NCBI GenBank assembly: GCA_900088475.1
Contig: FLMG01000094.1
Coordinates: forward strand, 1 to 61,530
DNA: 61,530 nt
Origin: Hyphochytrium catenoides
Lineage: Eukaryota > Protista > Hyphochytriomycota
Direction of reading: 5' to 3'
Shown here: in pieces, positions 1 through 13,252 of the stretch
How the letters are laid out: each line of letters opens with the position of its first letter
Numbering within the stretch: the stretch's first letter is position 1
The notes under the pieces: model-generated
The model's database searches: none
What the model was told of the DNA's origin: nothing
Seen by the model: only the letters and a program-made list of their open reading frames with translations
Program-made: the position numbers and the translations under genes

Positions 1-1042
1 AAAAAGACGAAACTTTTCTACAGACCAGTGAACCTCTGATATCGTAAATTCCAACACAACAGATGGCAATTTACACTTTCCAGAACGTCCATTTCTGTGT
101 GGCTGGGGAGAGGAATTTTCTGCACTTGGCAGTTTGCTCCCTTTTGCACCAGCCAATACCAATCGCCCACCCACCTCCTGAAAGAGCCGTTACCGTGTCC
201 GTTGAATCAGACCCTCTGTCCCTGCATCTGTAGGAGAAAAGGTCCCAAAGGGTTCAAGCAAGTACAAGTGAAAGAAAACTTTCTTCAGGATGGGTGAGTA
301 CTGCCCGTGTCCCCCGCATCTTACTCTACCTCGACGGGTTGTATTTTCTCATCTGTGTCTGGAGCTAATCACTAACAATAACACTGTGACCTCAGGACAA
401 ACACACCTCTTACTAAGGCCACCCCTTCTATTGTCTGCCTGCTCGCATCTTCCGGTGGGTGGGTCCACTTTGCCAGCCATTATCCTCAGCCTGACTAGAT
501 CTTACTACGTCTCATATTTTATACATCAAGTCCTTTGCTTTAACAGAATATTACTATGACAAGAGAAGGTGTGTGGGTGCTGAGTGCCGTCACGGCCGCA
601 AGTTGCCGCGCCACTTTGAAAGCACTGTCTCCTCTGTCTCGCTCTGTCTATACTTATTGGCCTGTTATTCTTATAGAGTTTGCGCTGCCACTTCTTTCTA
701 TCGTGTCTGCAGCAGTCACTTGCCCTGCTCTGTCTTCTATTATTAGGTGGCTCTCCTCCTAGTGTTGCCTATTGCATTGAAGAGGTGGATGCAGATGTAC
801 AAGGGCAGGAGCGAAGGAGGAGCAGCGCAGCGTCAGTCGCCATCGGTTCAGGGCTTTTCATGCTGAGAGCAAGGGCCTAGGAGACCTGCCATATCGGAAG
901 GAGGAGGCTCATAGCTTACTAGGGGCGGGACTAGCGCCGCACGGCCTCAGCACCTCGTATCTGTCTCGCTTGAACTTTGAAGAAGAACAACAACCCTTTG
1001 TCTTCTGAGTCCACCCACTCTTAGCGGTCAGCCTCAATAATC

Positions 1043-3360
1043 ATGGACTTATCCACCATCTGCCACCCACCAGAGACACGGGCACAGACAGTGGAGTCTA
1101 TGGCGGAACTGCCCAGCACGGGCGACGCTAGACCTGCTCTAGGTTCAAGCGCTGCGGAGAACTTTCAAGGCAATGCGGTCCAGGAGCCTCTCCTCGAGCG
1201 TTCTCCGTCAGCCTTTGGTACCTTTTTTGCCTCAACACCTTCAGGAGGCCGGCCCATACTTCCTAAGCCCTTGCCTATGGCGGGACATCCTGCCCCAGCT
1301 TCCTCTGATTCTATACTACAAGGCTGCTATGAACTTCATATAGTGGAAGAGCAGGCGGTAGCGGCGGTGTCTGGTGTGTGTACGCCTGGCCTTGACCGCA
1401 CAGAAGAAGGGTACATCGTCTGGATCAGTGCCGAGGGCGGGAAGAGGACCTTTATTTATGCCAAGCTCGAGGTAAGGCCTTTGATGCCGTCTGCGTCGCG
1501 TCCGTGGTGGTGTTAGCTCTCTTAGCAGTAGGGACTCCTCCTGCCAATCTGTCACTGTCTCTCGCATCTACGGAAGGTAGACGCCTATAACTGACTCTCC
1601 CCTCTCAGTTGTCTTGCCGCTTGCCATCAGGCAGGGTTATCCGGCCATGTGCACCTCCTCCCGGCGCGACTGTAGACGTTCGCCTTACCTATGCCGGCGT
1701 CAGAGTAAGCAAACAGAACAAGAAGGATGTGTACACGCTCTGCCCGTCTCCGGACGGAGATGAGACCGACGTCAGTTATCAGTCGACGTCTAAAGGCATT
1801 CCTCTGTTCCAGATCTTCCGCTCTGTTGGCAAAGGTAATACCAAGGGCCTACCCTACTAGCTTACGTTGAGGTCTTACTCTTGCAAATAGTGACAGAGCT
1901 TGGCTTAAGACTGACTGTACCTCCCCCTTAGGTGGCCTTGGCATCAGCGCTGTCTCACCTCTTGACAGCGCGGAGCAGTTTGCCCCTTCATTCCAGGGAG
2001 AGAGTGGCGGATACGCATTGGAGCTTCGTTATAGGATCAACGACATCTCCAAGAATCATCAGAAAAATCTCTTTCGCCTGAAGGTCTCACTGCAGGTCCC
2101 AGATAGCACCGGTGCGTTGTGTCTCGCCCTGTGACAGTCTTCTTCTCTAACCCTATCCTTAAGCCCGTGTGAGGCTTCTTTTTTTATCAGTCGCCTATGA
2201 CTACTCGTTTGGCATCACGTCTATCTCTCAGCAACCTGCACAATCTAGGTTACGCAGGCCTTGGGTCTGCTCTTCTCTTGCTCGTGCCGTATGTAACTGG
2301 AATTTATTTGACCTTGCGTTTTGGCGCCTTGACCCTTCTCTTTACCTCTCCAGTGCCATCTGCCAAGCGCAGCCTTTGTTCAATACGCTGCTCGCCCGTC
2401 AATGTCACTTCGAAAGATTTGGAAAAATTGAAACTGAACAAGAGGAAGAGAGCGCTCAGTGTGGGCGGGCCAGGGCAGCAGCGTAGCGCGAGTCAACCGC
2501 CACCCAGACATAGAGGTGATTCTGCACGCCAAGGCGCAAAGAGTTCTTTGCCACACTCCGCGTCGTCCTCCTCCCTTGTCCTTCAAAAGACGCAGAGCTC
2601 TATCCCGGTAGTCCAGTTCAAGCGATCAAGGTCGGAGGATGAGATGGCGCTAGCCGCTTCAAACTCTTGGCCAATGCCGTCATCAGGCGTAGAAGCTGCA
2701 GCCAGCGAGTCCATACCTCTCGATTTGCTGGTTCAGCACGTCCTGCAGGGCATTCTCGCTGTCAGCACGGAGCTACAGAAGCTAAAGCTGACGTCGGAGG
2801 GCTCAGCACAGGGACAGAAGGATATGGCAACCGGAGCAGGTTCGTCTCTACCTGTTAACATGCAGATGCACAAGTCAAGCCGGATCAATTCGATCAACAA
2901 GCCGTTCTCGTCCTTATCATCGGCAAAGTCGAATGCAAAGAAAGGCGAGAAGAAATTGTCAGCTTCTAAGGCCGTTCGCAATTCTGGCTCCTTAACATCG
3001 TCAAAGTCAAGAGCAAAGTCGCCCATAACACCACGAGCGCAGACAACGACGGTCCCTCCTTCATCTACCTCTTCGGTGAAGCCTTTTAATTCAAAGACAA
3101 AGAGCAAGCCCTCAAAGTGTCCCACATCAGCCGGTGCTGGGTCGAAGAGTATAGCAGGCGGCAATCTCAAGGGGAGAGGAGAGAAGAAGGTTGTCAAGAA
3201 GGCAGCAGGCAGAAAGACAGGCCTATCTAGTGCAGAGGGTGCAACTTTGCCTGCTTACAGTGTCCCCAGTAGCGCAATTGAAGAAACGAGACCATCAGCG
3301 GTAGACCGAGACCATCTCCTAGCGGCCACGATGCTGTTAGGGCTCAGTGTCGCCTCATAG
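1043..3360 (+). CDS. Putative DNA-binding protein (p53/STAT/NDT80-like Ig-fold type), 4 exons: 1043-1471, 1609-1834, 1932-2111, 2354-3360
   Basis: GT-AG junctions keep frame. The spliced product has WISAEGGKR...LRYRINDISKNHQKNLFRLKV...SPVNVTSK, resembling a motif set (WxxDEGG / RIxDVSKNHQ / PIxVxSK) I recall from uncharacterised stramenopile proteins. It is followed by a basic NLS-like KRKR, an S/K-rich disordered tail and C-terminal AATMLLGL. Confidence 0.6.
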
Positions 3361-3607
3361 AAGCCAGATAACGTGGCGTCACTAGTGCTAGATCCGCGTC
3401 CCTGCTGTGCTCATCTAAGTTCTCTGGAGGGCGCACCCACTTACCACCAATAGAGCTAGTTCCCACCATAACTCTAATTGCTATTATCTCTATTCCTCCT
3501 CCATCTGCACCCCTGCCACCGGCTTTGCTACTTCGCTTGTCTCCTGCCTCTATTCTTTGGTAGACACGCAGTCGCTGGTAAATGGATAACAGAGTCTGTA
3601 CAGTTCT

Positions 3608-5707
3608 TTATACAACGTCATTGTGCGATAGCAGCGGGGTTTGCGTGTCCGCTGCTCCTCCTGTCGACCTACTTCTCCTTCTTTGACGCCTCCCTCCTCT
3701 CCACAGTCGCCGTACGGCGTGGATAAACCCTCGTCCAGTCTCTCTGTTGCTTCTCACTGTCTCTGGAGGACTGACTGTGGCCTTGCACACAGGGCAACTG
3801 GCCCGCCGATGCATCAACCAAGGGTCCACGCACTGGCTATGAAAGCCTGCGGTTGAGAAAAGACACACTTATGATCAGAGAAAAGGCTGGATAGGGAGTC
3901 GGGCCTTCCGCATAAAAATAGACTCTTAGCGGAGGGAACGTAAAAAAGAGAAATGGCAGGAATTATAGAAGCAGGAGCGCACAGGGATCAAGAGGAAAGC
4001 AGTTCAGAGAATAACGTACGATGTGAGCAAGGTAGTGCCCTAAGTCTGTCATTCTCTGTGTACTCCTCTAAGCAGATAGCACAGATGGTCGCGCGATATC
4101 CATTCCTCTCTTCAGACGAAGTGCCATAGACCTCCTCTCCAAAAGCCTCCACCTCTTGCTGGCTCAAGGTACCATTACCATTTAGCCATCCCCCCGAACC
4201 AGCCTACATGCAGAGCAGAAAAGAAGATGAGAAGGACAGGAGGTAAGAGAGGTTCGCACGAGCTAGAGAGGCAGAGTTCTTCGGATAACAAGAGCCAAAA
4301 GGCGGGCGGTACTACCAGAGGCAATCCAAGGGAAACGCAAGGACAAAGGAAGAAGATAGAGTCACAACGTCATTCAAGAACTAAGGGGGCAAAGAGCCCA
4401 GTGGTAAGCACATTAAATAAACCTCGAAGAGGCAGAAAACTGACGCGGCTTGGTGCTAACAAGATGATGGACCTACCTCTTGGCCTGTCCGACACCAAAA
4501 GGAAAAGCAGTAAGTGGCACAGCACAGCGTGAGCATGATGAAGAGGACAGACAGGTAAGTCAGGAGTGTGGTCCACACGAGATAGGGATTCTTCATGATG
4601 CGGACATGAGGATGCCGGCCCGCCATAGCACGAAGCACCGTTCGAAGAGCCTCTCCTTCTCTCTGAGGAGTCAGTAAAGCGGCATTAAGAGATATCAAAA
4701 AAGCGAGGAAGAGGGATAGAAGAGAGGGAGAACTGAGAGAGAGACAGAGTATAGAGGAAAGAACTTTGTCCAGAGAGCCTTGAGCGAAAGAGAAGCAAAG
4801 ACAGAGAACCGCCATGGCCAGCGGAAGAAAGGCATAAGAGACGACAAAGCACTAGGCCATAACGAAGAAGATGAGAGAGAAGAGACCGGAAGAGAAAAGT
4901 AAAGAAGGGCAAGTCCGCCCATCATCTTACCTCCGTGACCAAAACTGACGGCATAATGATCTCATCAGCAAGTGGAGAGCTTGACTCTTCCCTCAGGTCC
5001 CCGGCCACGGAGCCATTGGCATGAGCTAAGAAGTTAACTGCTATGATTGCTGCACGGGCGCCTGCCTCTTGGACGTTAAAGATCTGCTGCTCGATGGGAC
5101 ACGCGTAGGACTCATGAAAGAGGGCAACAGGCGGGACCAGGGCTGACACCTCGGTCAGTTCTATGGGACCGCAAGGGTCCTGCGGCCTAACTTCTGTCAG
5201 AATACTGAGGTAGAAATTGCAAGAAGGAAGCAAATAGTGCATCGACGACCGATTAGTGGGGTCATAGTCAGAGTTAGGGCAGAGCTTGCAAGGCACGAAA
5301 CTGCAACCGAACAGGTAGAAGCGAAGAGTAGATGGGAGAGAAAGAGAGAATGAGACGGAGAGGGAGAGAGGGAGAGAAGAAGAAGAGAGAGAGAAAGAGA
5401 GTGAGAGAAGAAAGGGACTTCTTAGCGAGGGCCAAAGTGTCTTTGCCCTCACTCTCCTGCGTTGCTGTCTCACTCACCCTAGGATGCCACTGTAGCCATA
5501 GTGAGCTAGATCAGGCCCCACAAGGGCCTGTGAGCCCTGAAGCATGAGGGTAAACGACGATGGGCTTTCCACCATAATGGTCACTTGAGCTGTGTAGAAG
5601 GAGCTCTCACCCGAGAGGACCCCGGAGACGCCAGGCGGGCCTTTACCATGTACCTTCCCAATGAGCCACCACCAGGCCAGAGTGAAAAGTGCATAAGTTA
5701 GCTTCAT
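3608..5707 (-). CDS. PA-TM-RING (RMR/RNF13/GRAIL-type) RING-H2 E3 ubiquitin ligase, about 6 exons
   Basis: Signal peptide MKLTYALFTLAWWWLIGKVHA|Q after removing the 57-nt intron at 5590-5646. PA domain (DPCGP...CPIEQQIFNVQEAGARAAII...IIMPSVLV), one TM helix (VWTTLLTYLSVLFIMLTLCCATYCF), and spliced RING-H2 CAICLEEY...LPCSHRFHSQCVDPWL...CPVCK. Confidence 0.88.
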
Positions 5708-6740
5708 CGTGATTCTTCCCCAGGACCCTTCCTCACTTGTTTGCCAGGCGTATCAGCATTCAAGAGACGCTGGGCCCGCCCATACTCCACAATGGTCTAG
5801 TGAGCCCGAGCTGCTCGGACAAGTTTCATTGGCGGCAACCCACTGAAACTCTGAGCTCCCAACAGCCTGAGTCCGCCAGCTGGCAGGTCCTCTTAGCAGT
5901 GCCGTCAGTCGAGGGATGAGCCTTATTTCAGCTCCTCCGCTGGCAAAGGAACTCTGCAGATTCGCTTCTGATGTCCTTTATGGAGCTTGAAGATCAGCTT
6001 TTCAAGCTTTTTCGCCTCGTTCTTCTGCCCTTTCCTGGTCTTCCTTCTGACAGAAGATGCAACCAGAAGAATCACTGATACAGGTAGATCATAAAGAGAA
6101 AGTGTAAGATTATCAGATACCTGATTATCCGCAGCTGATATGCTATCGAAAACGGACAGAAGAGCCTTCTCTCGGCTGTTTTTGCCGCTGTTGCCGCTCT
6201 GGCGCTGTGGGGCCCGCGCGCCGCTGGCTGGGTGCAGGCTGTGCATCCATCGTGCAGGTTTATTAGCCAAGGCTCTCCTCTCCCATGCCTTCTCCTCTCT
6301 CGTCTGGGGCTCTCGTGCAAGATCCCTTTCTGAGAAGCTCTTTCAGGGCTCTCTCCTCAGTTTCTTCTTGGCGTCTCCCTGGTGCTGGTTAGAGTTCTCC
6401 TACTAGGCTCCCTCTTTCTTGTCGCAGCTGTGGAATCTATTAGGGGAACCTGCTGGGTCTGCTTCCACCGTGGCGGCGCCGCCATATTTCTCAGCATCAC
6501 CAGCTTCCCCTTTGATTGTCGTTCTCTGTGCTATCCTTCTCATTGAAGTTGGGACACTGGTTATCCTGCGTCCTCCTGACTTGTGGTCGTGCGAGATGTC
6601 CTCTACTGTGGGCTGTCCCTTCTTATCCTAGGGCCATCTGGGGCTCCACGGAAGATTCCACACAGAGGCCCATAGCTCCTTGGCTGGCGGTGGTAGCATC
6701 TGAAGTGTCCAAGGACCAGCCTCTTCGTCTTCCAAGGACC

Positions 6741-9340
6741 ATGACTTCGATCCGGGAGGAAGGAGAGCTGGGGAGAGGCGCGTCTCTAACCCCAGATGCA
6801 CCGTCTTCTTTTCACGAGGAGGTTTTGATGCTGACGCGCGATGAGGAGCTGCGGCAGCTGCTGTTGGGGATCAACGAGGACTTTCACGACTATCAACCAA
6901 ATCTGGAGCAAAGCCCCAGGTTTGCTACGGTCAATAGCAACCTAGCGGGGGGAGATATGGACGAGGTAAGCGGTCCTGTGACTCTTCTCGGCATACTTGC
7001 CAAGAGATTGACAGACAGCGTCGCAAGATACAGCGACAGAGGTGACGAGAGAGAGTTCAGAAGAGATTGAGACACTGACAGAGAGAGACAGCTTGCGAGA
7101 CCGGAGTGGAGAGAGAAAGAGTAGAGAAAAACAGACAGAGAGGTGAGAGGCAGACAAAAGACAACGGAGAAACAGACAGAGAGAGAAAGAGATAAAATAG
7201 GGAGATGCGAGAGAATTGAGAAAAAAGAGCTGGCTGATGAGGTTCTGGAAGAGCCAAACTGCATGGCGAGACAAGGTCTCATCTCTTCCATCCTCTGTAG
7301 GTGTTAGAGCTCCGGCAGGTTATCCGTGACCTTCAGTTCCGCTTGGCTGAGGTTGAAGGAGAGCTGGAAAGAGAAAGAGAGCTGTCCATCTGCGCCTCTT
7401 GTCACAATTCGAAGGTACAGCAGCTCTTCTGTCCTTGAGATGTCACCGTCCAGCGCCGTCTATGTTGCCCCACGTTCCGTACTCTTTACTTGTATCTGTC
7501 TGGCCCTGCCACCCCATGGTTCGGTATCTCCATCTGTCACTTCGCTGTTCAGCCGTCGTTCGCAGTCTTCTTGAACACGGACATCTATTTCTCCTTTCTT
7601 GGTTCATTCTTTACGAACTTGCCATCTTCCAGCGTCTAAGAGGAGGGCCAAGCTTATTTCTCCCTCGTTTCGGACAGTCTCACCGTCTTGCGGGTCCCTT
7701 TCTTTTCTCTCGTTCTGGCCTAACTCGTTTCTCTTTGTCAATCGTAGACTCCAATGAGCATAGCCGATGTGCAGCAGATGATCGCGATAGAACTGAAGAG
7801 CCAGTCGCCCATCCTTGACCTTCTCTCCTGCATTCCCTCTCCTTCTTCTGCACCTTCCCTCTCTCCAGCTGCCCACACTCAGCCTTTCTCCACCCCTACA
7901 CAGGGCCATACGGCCTCTACTGACTCGGAAGCGGAGTGCTCCACTTATTCGCCTCCCTTTCCCTCCTTTTCTGAAGAAATGCCGGTTCAAGATCAAGGTT
8001 ACGAGTATGCTAGCTGCCGAAGAGATGATCAGAGCACGCCTGAAGAGAGTATCGCTTCGTCCCAGGTTCACGCTTGCTCCGCTGCCACTAAGGCTTGTAC
8101 GGACGTAGCGGTCAGAGCTCAGACTCTCTGTGCCGAGCCTTACCACGCTACTGCTTCCGTTCAAGCAGAAGAGGTGTTGCCTTTGTCTTCTTCTGACTCG
8201 TACCCAGCGCTAGGGGCAGCTCGTGAGTCGGGGACGAAGTCAAATGCCTCTGACCGGATCCTTGAGCCTCACCCAGCTCTTTCTTACTCTGAGGTCCCAG
8301 ACGTTTCTGAAGCTTTTGGCCAGTCAGAGTATTCCTTAAGCCAGTCAGAGTATGCCTCTATACCCTCTTCTGAGGGGCTCTACCACCACCCTGAGGATCC
8401 TGTCGCGGCTCTCATTTCCTTGCCAGCTAGTTCCCATCCGCACACTGCCCCTGTGGGCTCTCATACTTCAATGTCTGAGGCGTATTCGTCATCTCCTGAA
8501 GTTTCCACACAGCTCGCAAAGGAGTACGGAGCGTGGTACCATTCAAATCAGGCGGCCTGGGAGAGTATCGAAGGCGGAAAAGAAGGGAGACCGGAGGCTG
8601 AGGCCGTCTCCATCGAGTCCTACTTAGGCTACGAAGGGCTACATGCTGTCCAATACGATGGACAATATACAGTGGAACTCAATGAGAGAGCTCAACCAGG
8701 AAACCAAGAGCTAGATCATCCAAATGTCGCAGAGATGGCGCCTCCATTACCGCCGCCACCACATCAGAGCTCTGAAAGACGGCATCGTACCCCCATGACA
8801 GGAAGTCAACAGGACGAGAGAGAACATATCACACGATCTTCCTTCAGTCGAAGACCCAGAGACCAACACTTGCCCGATCCATCCGCAGCATCCCATAAGC
8901 GAAGCCCTGGAAGAGGTAGTCAGATAGAAGAATATCGCCCTGCTGTTACCGTCACAGCCTCTGATGGCGACGACAGGGGACGGTCGATGGCCCTCGCGCT
9001 TGAGATCCCCGGCCCACCTCCAAGTCGCCCCATACGAAGCTCGATCTTGGAGGCACAGAGAGCGCAATCTATCTATATGTTGGACTTCCGGCCTCCGGTC
9101 CAGTCCCCTCAGCACCCAATTGAGAGTCCTTCTGTGCAAGTTGACTCACCTACGAAGTACTTCGAGACGCTGAGGGAGCTGCCTTACGTCCGGACGCCGG
9201 TGAGGGAGGCAGCGAAAGCAGCGCCTTCTTTTTTCTTGGCTGGAACAGGGAAGAGTTTATTAGATTCCTTGGCCTATGAGACACGCCGTGATCTGCTTGC
9301 CAAGTATCTGGAGCTGCAGCAAGAGGCGGGACAAAGCTAG
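6741..9340 (+). CDS. Hypothetical protein with an N-terminal coiled coil and a long S/P/E-rich disordered region, about 3 exons (6741-6965, 7301-7414, 7749-9340)
   Basis: A 528-codon terminal ORF is joined in phase 0 to a coiled-coil exon (VLELRQVIRDLQFRLAEVEGELERERE) through GT-AG introns. No recognisable domain. Confidence 0.55.
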
Positions 9341-10502
9341 CGTCCTCCTTCTCTTAGTGCTCTCTCTCTTCTTCTCCTGCTGTCTAGCGGGCCTATATGG
9401 GCGGCCCTTGACGCTGTTTACTTCACAGATGCTTCGCTCTTCTCGTTGTCCACTTGCCTCTCTGTCTCTCTCTTTCTTTCCCCCTTCTCTCTTTCTCCTT
9501 CCCTATCCCTCGCGTGGGCCTCCAAACCTAACTCCATCGTCATAGCTCCTCCCTCATCTCTTGACCTCTTTCTCCCCTAATCTTAGCCTATCAGCTGAGC
9601 TCTGTCTCATTAAGTCCTTAGCGGAGACACTTTCAGATATATTGTGCTCCCTATATAAGCTAAGGAATGGGACAGCTTGCCACAATAATACCCGCCAAGG
9701 ATAATCTAGCCTTTTCTGCTCCGATAAAAAGATGGAAGAGGAGACAAGCAGACGTTATGCATTTGTTCACCGCTGCTAGATTTCCTGCTATATATATCGT
9801 TCTTCCTCTGTACTCCTGGATGAGGTTGCTGCTTCTGTGGCAAGCTTCTCATCAGTAGTCTCTTGCTTCTCGTACTTCTTCCTGTCTCGTCTGCCTTTCC
9901 TACCATCGCTGTTCCTCATCAGTCTATCGTTTCTCATCATTCAGCTCCTCTCTTTCTTGTCTTGATCTGCAGCCTCTTCACCTTCATCCTCTGTGGCTGA
10001 TTTATCGGCTCTGTTCTCTGGCTGGAGCCCATCGCCTCTACTTCCCGTTCCACATCCTCTAGCCTGGCATCCCCATAACCATATTCTTCCATCGCTCTAT
10101 CCATCCAGCCCATAGTGCTATCTCCTTCGGCTCTTGTCTGCGTGCCCTTCTCCTGATCTAGGACGTTCTACTATCTGGGCTGGGAGGTGGAAGCCGAAGT
10201 GCCGATGGCGGAGCTCCGACTCCACGCTGTTGACAGATCCACAAAAAGGTGGCGATTACGACGATTTCCGGTTAGATTCTCGTTATCTCTTCTGCTAACT
10301 AATAATGCGCAGAAGAGTACACCTAGCTTAGTATTACGGTTATAATTCCATTGTCTCTGAAATATTCGTCACAAAAACGACAAAAGAAGGTATGTTTCAG
10401 ACCTCCCCTCGGATGAGAACTCTCTGGATCTGCAGATTTGGGGGCAGATCTCTGTCTGGGGTCCTGAGCTCAAAGTCAAGACCGGGCGATGGCCAATAGC
10501 TG

Positions 10503-10548
10503 GAGCTCTGATTAGCCATTGAGAGCTCTGATGAGCCATTGAGAGCTC
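10503..10548. repeat. 20-bp tandem repeat (2.3 copies) about 90 bp upstream of the GPN2 start
   Basis: GAGCTCTGATTAGCCATTGA / GAGCTCTGATGAGCCATTGA / GAGCTC, one mismatch between the full units. Confidence 0.85.
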
Positions 10549-10636
10549 AAAAGAAGCTTACCTACTAGCTTAGGAGGCATAACCAAGTACGACATACTCT
10601 CAGGGTAAAGTCGAAAGGTCAGCCGAAGAGAGCGCA

Positions 10637-11028
10637 ATGACCGCCTTCGGACAGCTCGTCATCGGACCGCCAGGATCTGGAAAGACAACCTATTGCAATG
10701 GGATGCAGCATTTCTTGGAGCTGCAGAAAAGGTTAGCATAAGAATAAACCAGTTACCTGTTTGCCAGGCTAACCATGGATGTCAACTGCGGCGGGACAGG
10801 CCGGCAGCCGTGGTCAACCTCGATCCAGCGAATGACCAGCTGCCGTATGTGTCCTTTCTACCATTCGCCCATTCTCTCTCTATTGGTTCCCTTTCTCTCT
10901 CTTCGTCGCCCTTTGTCCTCTAGCCACTCAGTATTCGTGCCATCTACTTCCCTCTTTTCCCACCACACCATCTCACTCTTCTCTCATTTTTTTTTACTCT
11001 CTCTCTCTCCCTGTTTTCTCTCTTTCGC

Positions 11029-11062
<34 letters not shown>

Positions 11063-11987
11063 CTACGCGCACACACAGACTTTCTCTTCGGTTGAATTGT
11101 TTAATATCTTGAGAGGAACCCTTGTTCTCTGCTAGCAAGCACCAGGGCTCATCTGACTTGTACCCATGATGTTTCTGGGTTCCTTTAGGTACCAATGCGC
11201 GGTGGACATCTCTGAGCTAATAAAGCTAGAAGATGTGATGGAAGAGCTAGGATTGGGACCCAACGGAGGTGTGTGGAGATAGATGTTGCCTCTTAGCTTC
11301 GCTCCTCTCTTTATCTCATAGTCTCTCTCTTCTTTGCCTTGTCTCCCCCTCTCCCTTTCTCTCTCCCTCTCTCTTACTCTCCTCCTCTCTCTTTCTCTCC
11401 TTCTGTCTTTCTCTCTCTCGCACTCTGTCTTTACCCGTTGCAGCCCTTGTTTACTGCATGGAGTACCTAGAGGAGAATATCGACTGGCTGCTAGAACGGA
11501 TTAGAGGCCTAGAAGGTGCTTATGCTGTCAGCGTGGCCCTTGCGCTTCGCCTCCTGTCCCATCTCTTATACGGCGTTGGCCTTCCTCGTCAATGTATCTC
11601 TCTTCCGATCTCCCATCCATCTTTCCCGCATCTGTCTCTCACAGGCTCCAACCTTCCATCTGTCGGTCCCTCTCTCTCTCTCTTTCTCTCATATATCTCT
11701 CTTTGTAGGTTCTCCTCTCTCTCGTCTCGCTTATGCCATTTGCTCAAGCAGAGCTGCTTTTTACTTCTCTGTTGCTCTAGGCCAGTACATCATCATGGAC
11801 TGTCCGGGACAGGTAGAGCTCTTTACCCATCACCAATCAATCAGGAACATCATCAAAAAGCTGCAAGAAGCGGACGTAAGGGTAAGAAGTTACGTTCTCT
11901 CTCTCTCTTCGTTTTTGCTCGTTGCTTGGCCTGAGATCACTCTCCTTCGCATGACCGAGATAACTGTTTCTCCTCCCGTTGTCCAAA

Positions 11988-12039
<52 letters not shown>

Positions 12040-12446
12040 GTGTCGCGGTTTGACGCAGCTTTAACCCGAACCATCTCTCCTTTCCTTTCTCATGCTTTTC
12101 CTTAGCTGACGGCAGTTCACCTGGTAGATGGTCACCACTGCAGTGACGCCTCCAAGTTTATCTCTATCCTTCTTCTATCCCTGTCCACAATGGTCTCTCT
12201 TGAACTTCCACACGTCAATGTCCTATCAAAGATAGATCTGATAGAAAAGTACGGGAAACTAGGTAATCGCGACCTCCGCTTCTCCACATCTTCATGTCAC
12301 TCTCTCCTTTTCCTCTCTCCCTGTCTCACTGCCTCCACTTATGTTCCTACCTCTTCTCCTTCATCGAACCTGGCATGGTTAGGGTCCCAACTTTATCTTC
12401 ATCCGCCTTTCTTTTCTGCCTTGTTCTCCTATCTTTCTTATGTCGT

Positions 12447-12487
<41 letters not shown>

Positions 12488-13252
12488 CTATCTCTCTATC
12501 TATCTCTATCCCGCTCTCTCCCTCTCTATATCCAACTCTATCCTTTGATCTAACACGAACAATATCTATCTCTTGTCTCATCTGCTCTATCTTCTCCCCT
12601 CTCTTCTCTCTCTCTCTCTCTCTGTCTTTATATTCTCTCTGTCTTTATATTCTCTCTCTCCCTGTTGAACTGCACTGGCTCTCGCAGCCTTCAACCTGGA
12701 GTTCTATACAGAGGTGCAGGACCTCAGCTACCTTCTCGAGCATATAACGCCTAGGGGAGAGGTTGAGAGCCGAGAGATTGCTCAAGAAAGTGGCAAGGCA
12801 AGAAGCTATTTCGAGCGGAAGTACCGCAAGCTAAACGAGGCACTGTGCGAGCTCATAGAGGACTTCAGCCTCGTTTCCTTCCACTGTCTAGATATCCAGG
12901 TAACACAAGCAGCCAATCTCCCTACCTAGTTCGCCCTACCTCTTCCTCACCGGCCGACCCTGCCTTCGATGTGCCTCTTACCGTGATGCAGAACGCTGAG
13001 AGCGTGGACAAATTGCTCCGTGTCATTGACAAGTCAAACGGCTGTATATACACTACCGCTCTCGCGGATTCCTTAGCTGCTGGGACGACGGACCCAACCG
13101 CTTTGTTGCAGTCCCTAGCCGGGCGGGATGACTCCTTGGAGAAGCGGGAGCTGCTCTCAGACATCAGAGAGAGACACATGGACGATGAAGATGAGGACGA
13201 GAGGCTCTATCAAGAGATGATGGAGGCAGCAAAGGCCTCAGAGGTGGAATAA
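10637..13252 (+). CDS. GPN2: GPN-loop GTPase 2 (RNA polymerase II/III biogenesis), 8 exons
   Basis: Spliced product [23 protein letters not shown]...VVNLDPAND...[16 protein letters not shown]...[12 protein letters not shown]...[14 protein letters not shown]...[15 protein letters not shown]. It contains the P-loop, the GPN motif and GPN2-type signatures. All introns are GT-AG. Confidence 0.95.
11991..12032 (+). repeat. Perfect (CT)n microsatellite in a GPN2 intron
   Basis: About 21 uninterrupted CT units. Confidence 0.95.
12447..12510 (+). repeat. Compound (CT)n/(CTAT)n microsatellite in a GPN2 intron
   Basis: A CT run grading into CTAT repeats. Confidence 0.9.

Noticed and set aside
5923-6406. 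Small minus-strand gene upstream of the RING ligase
   Set aside because: The frames are fragmentary, with no convincing start or domain.
10503-10548. CRISPR-like array
   Set aside because: Only about 2 adjacent units with no spacers, in a eukaryotic context with no cas genes.
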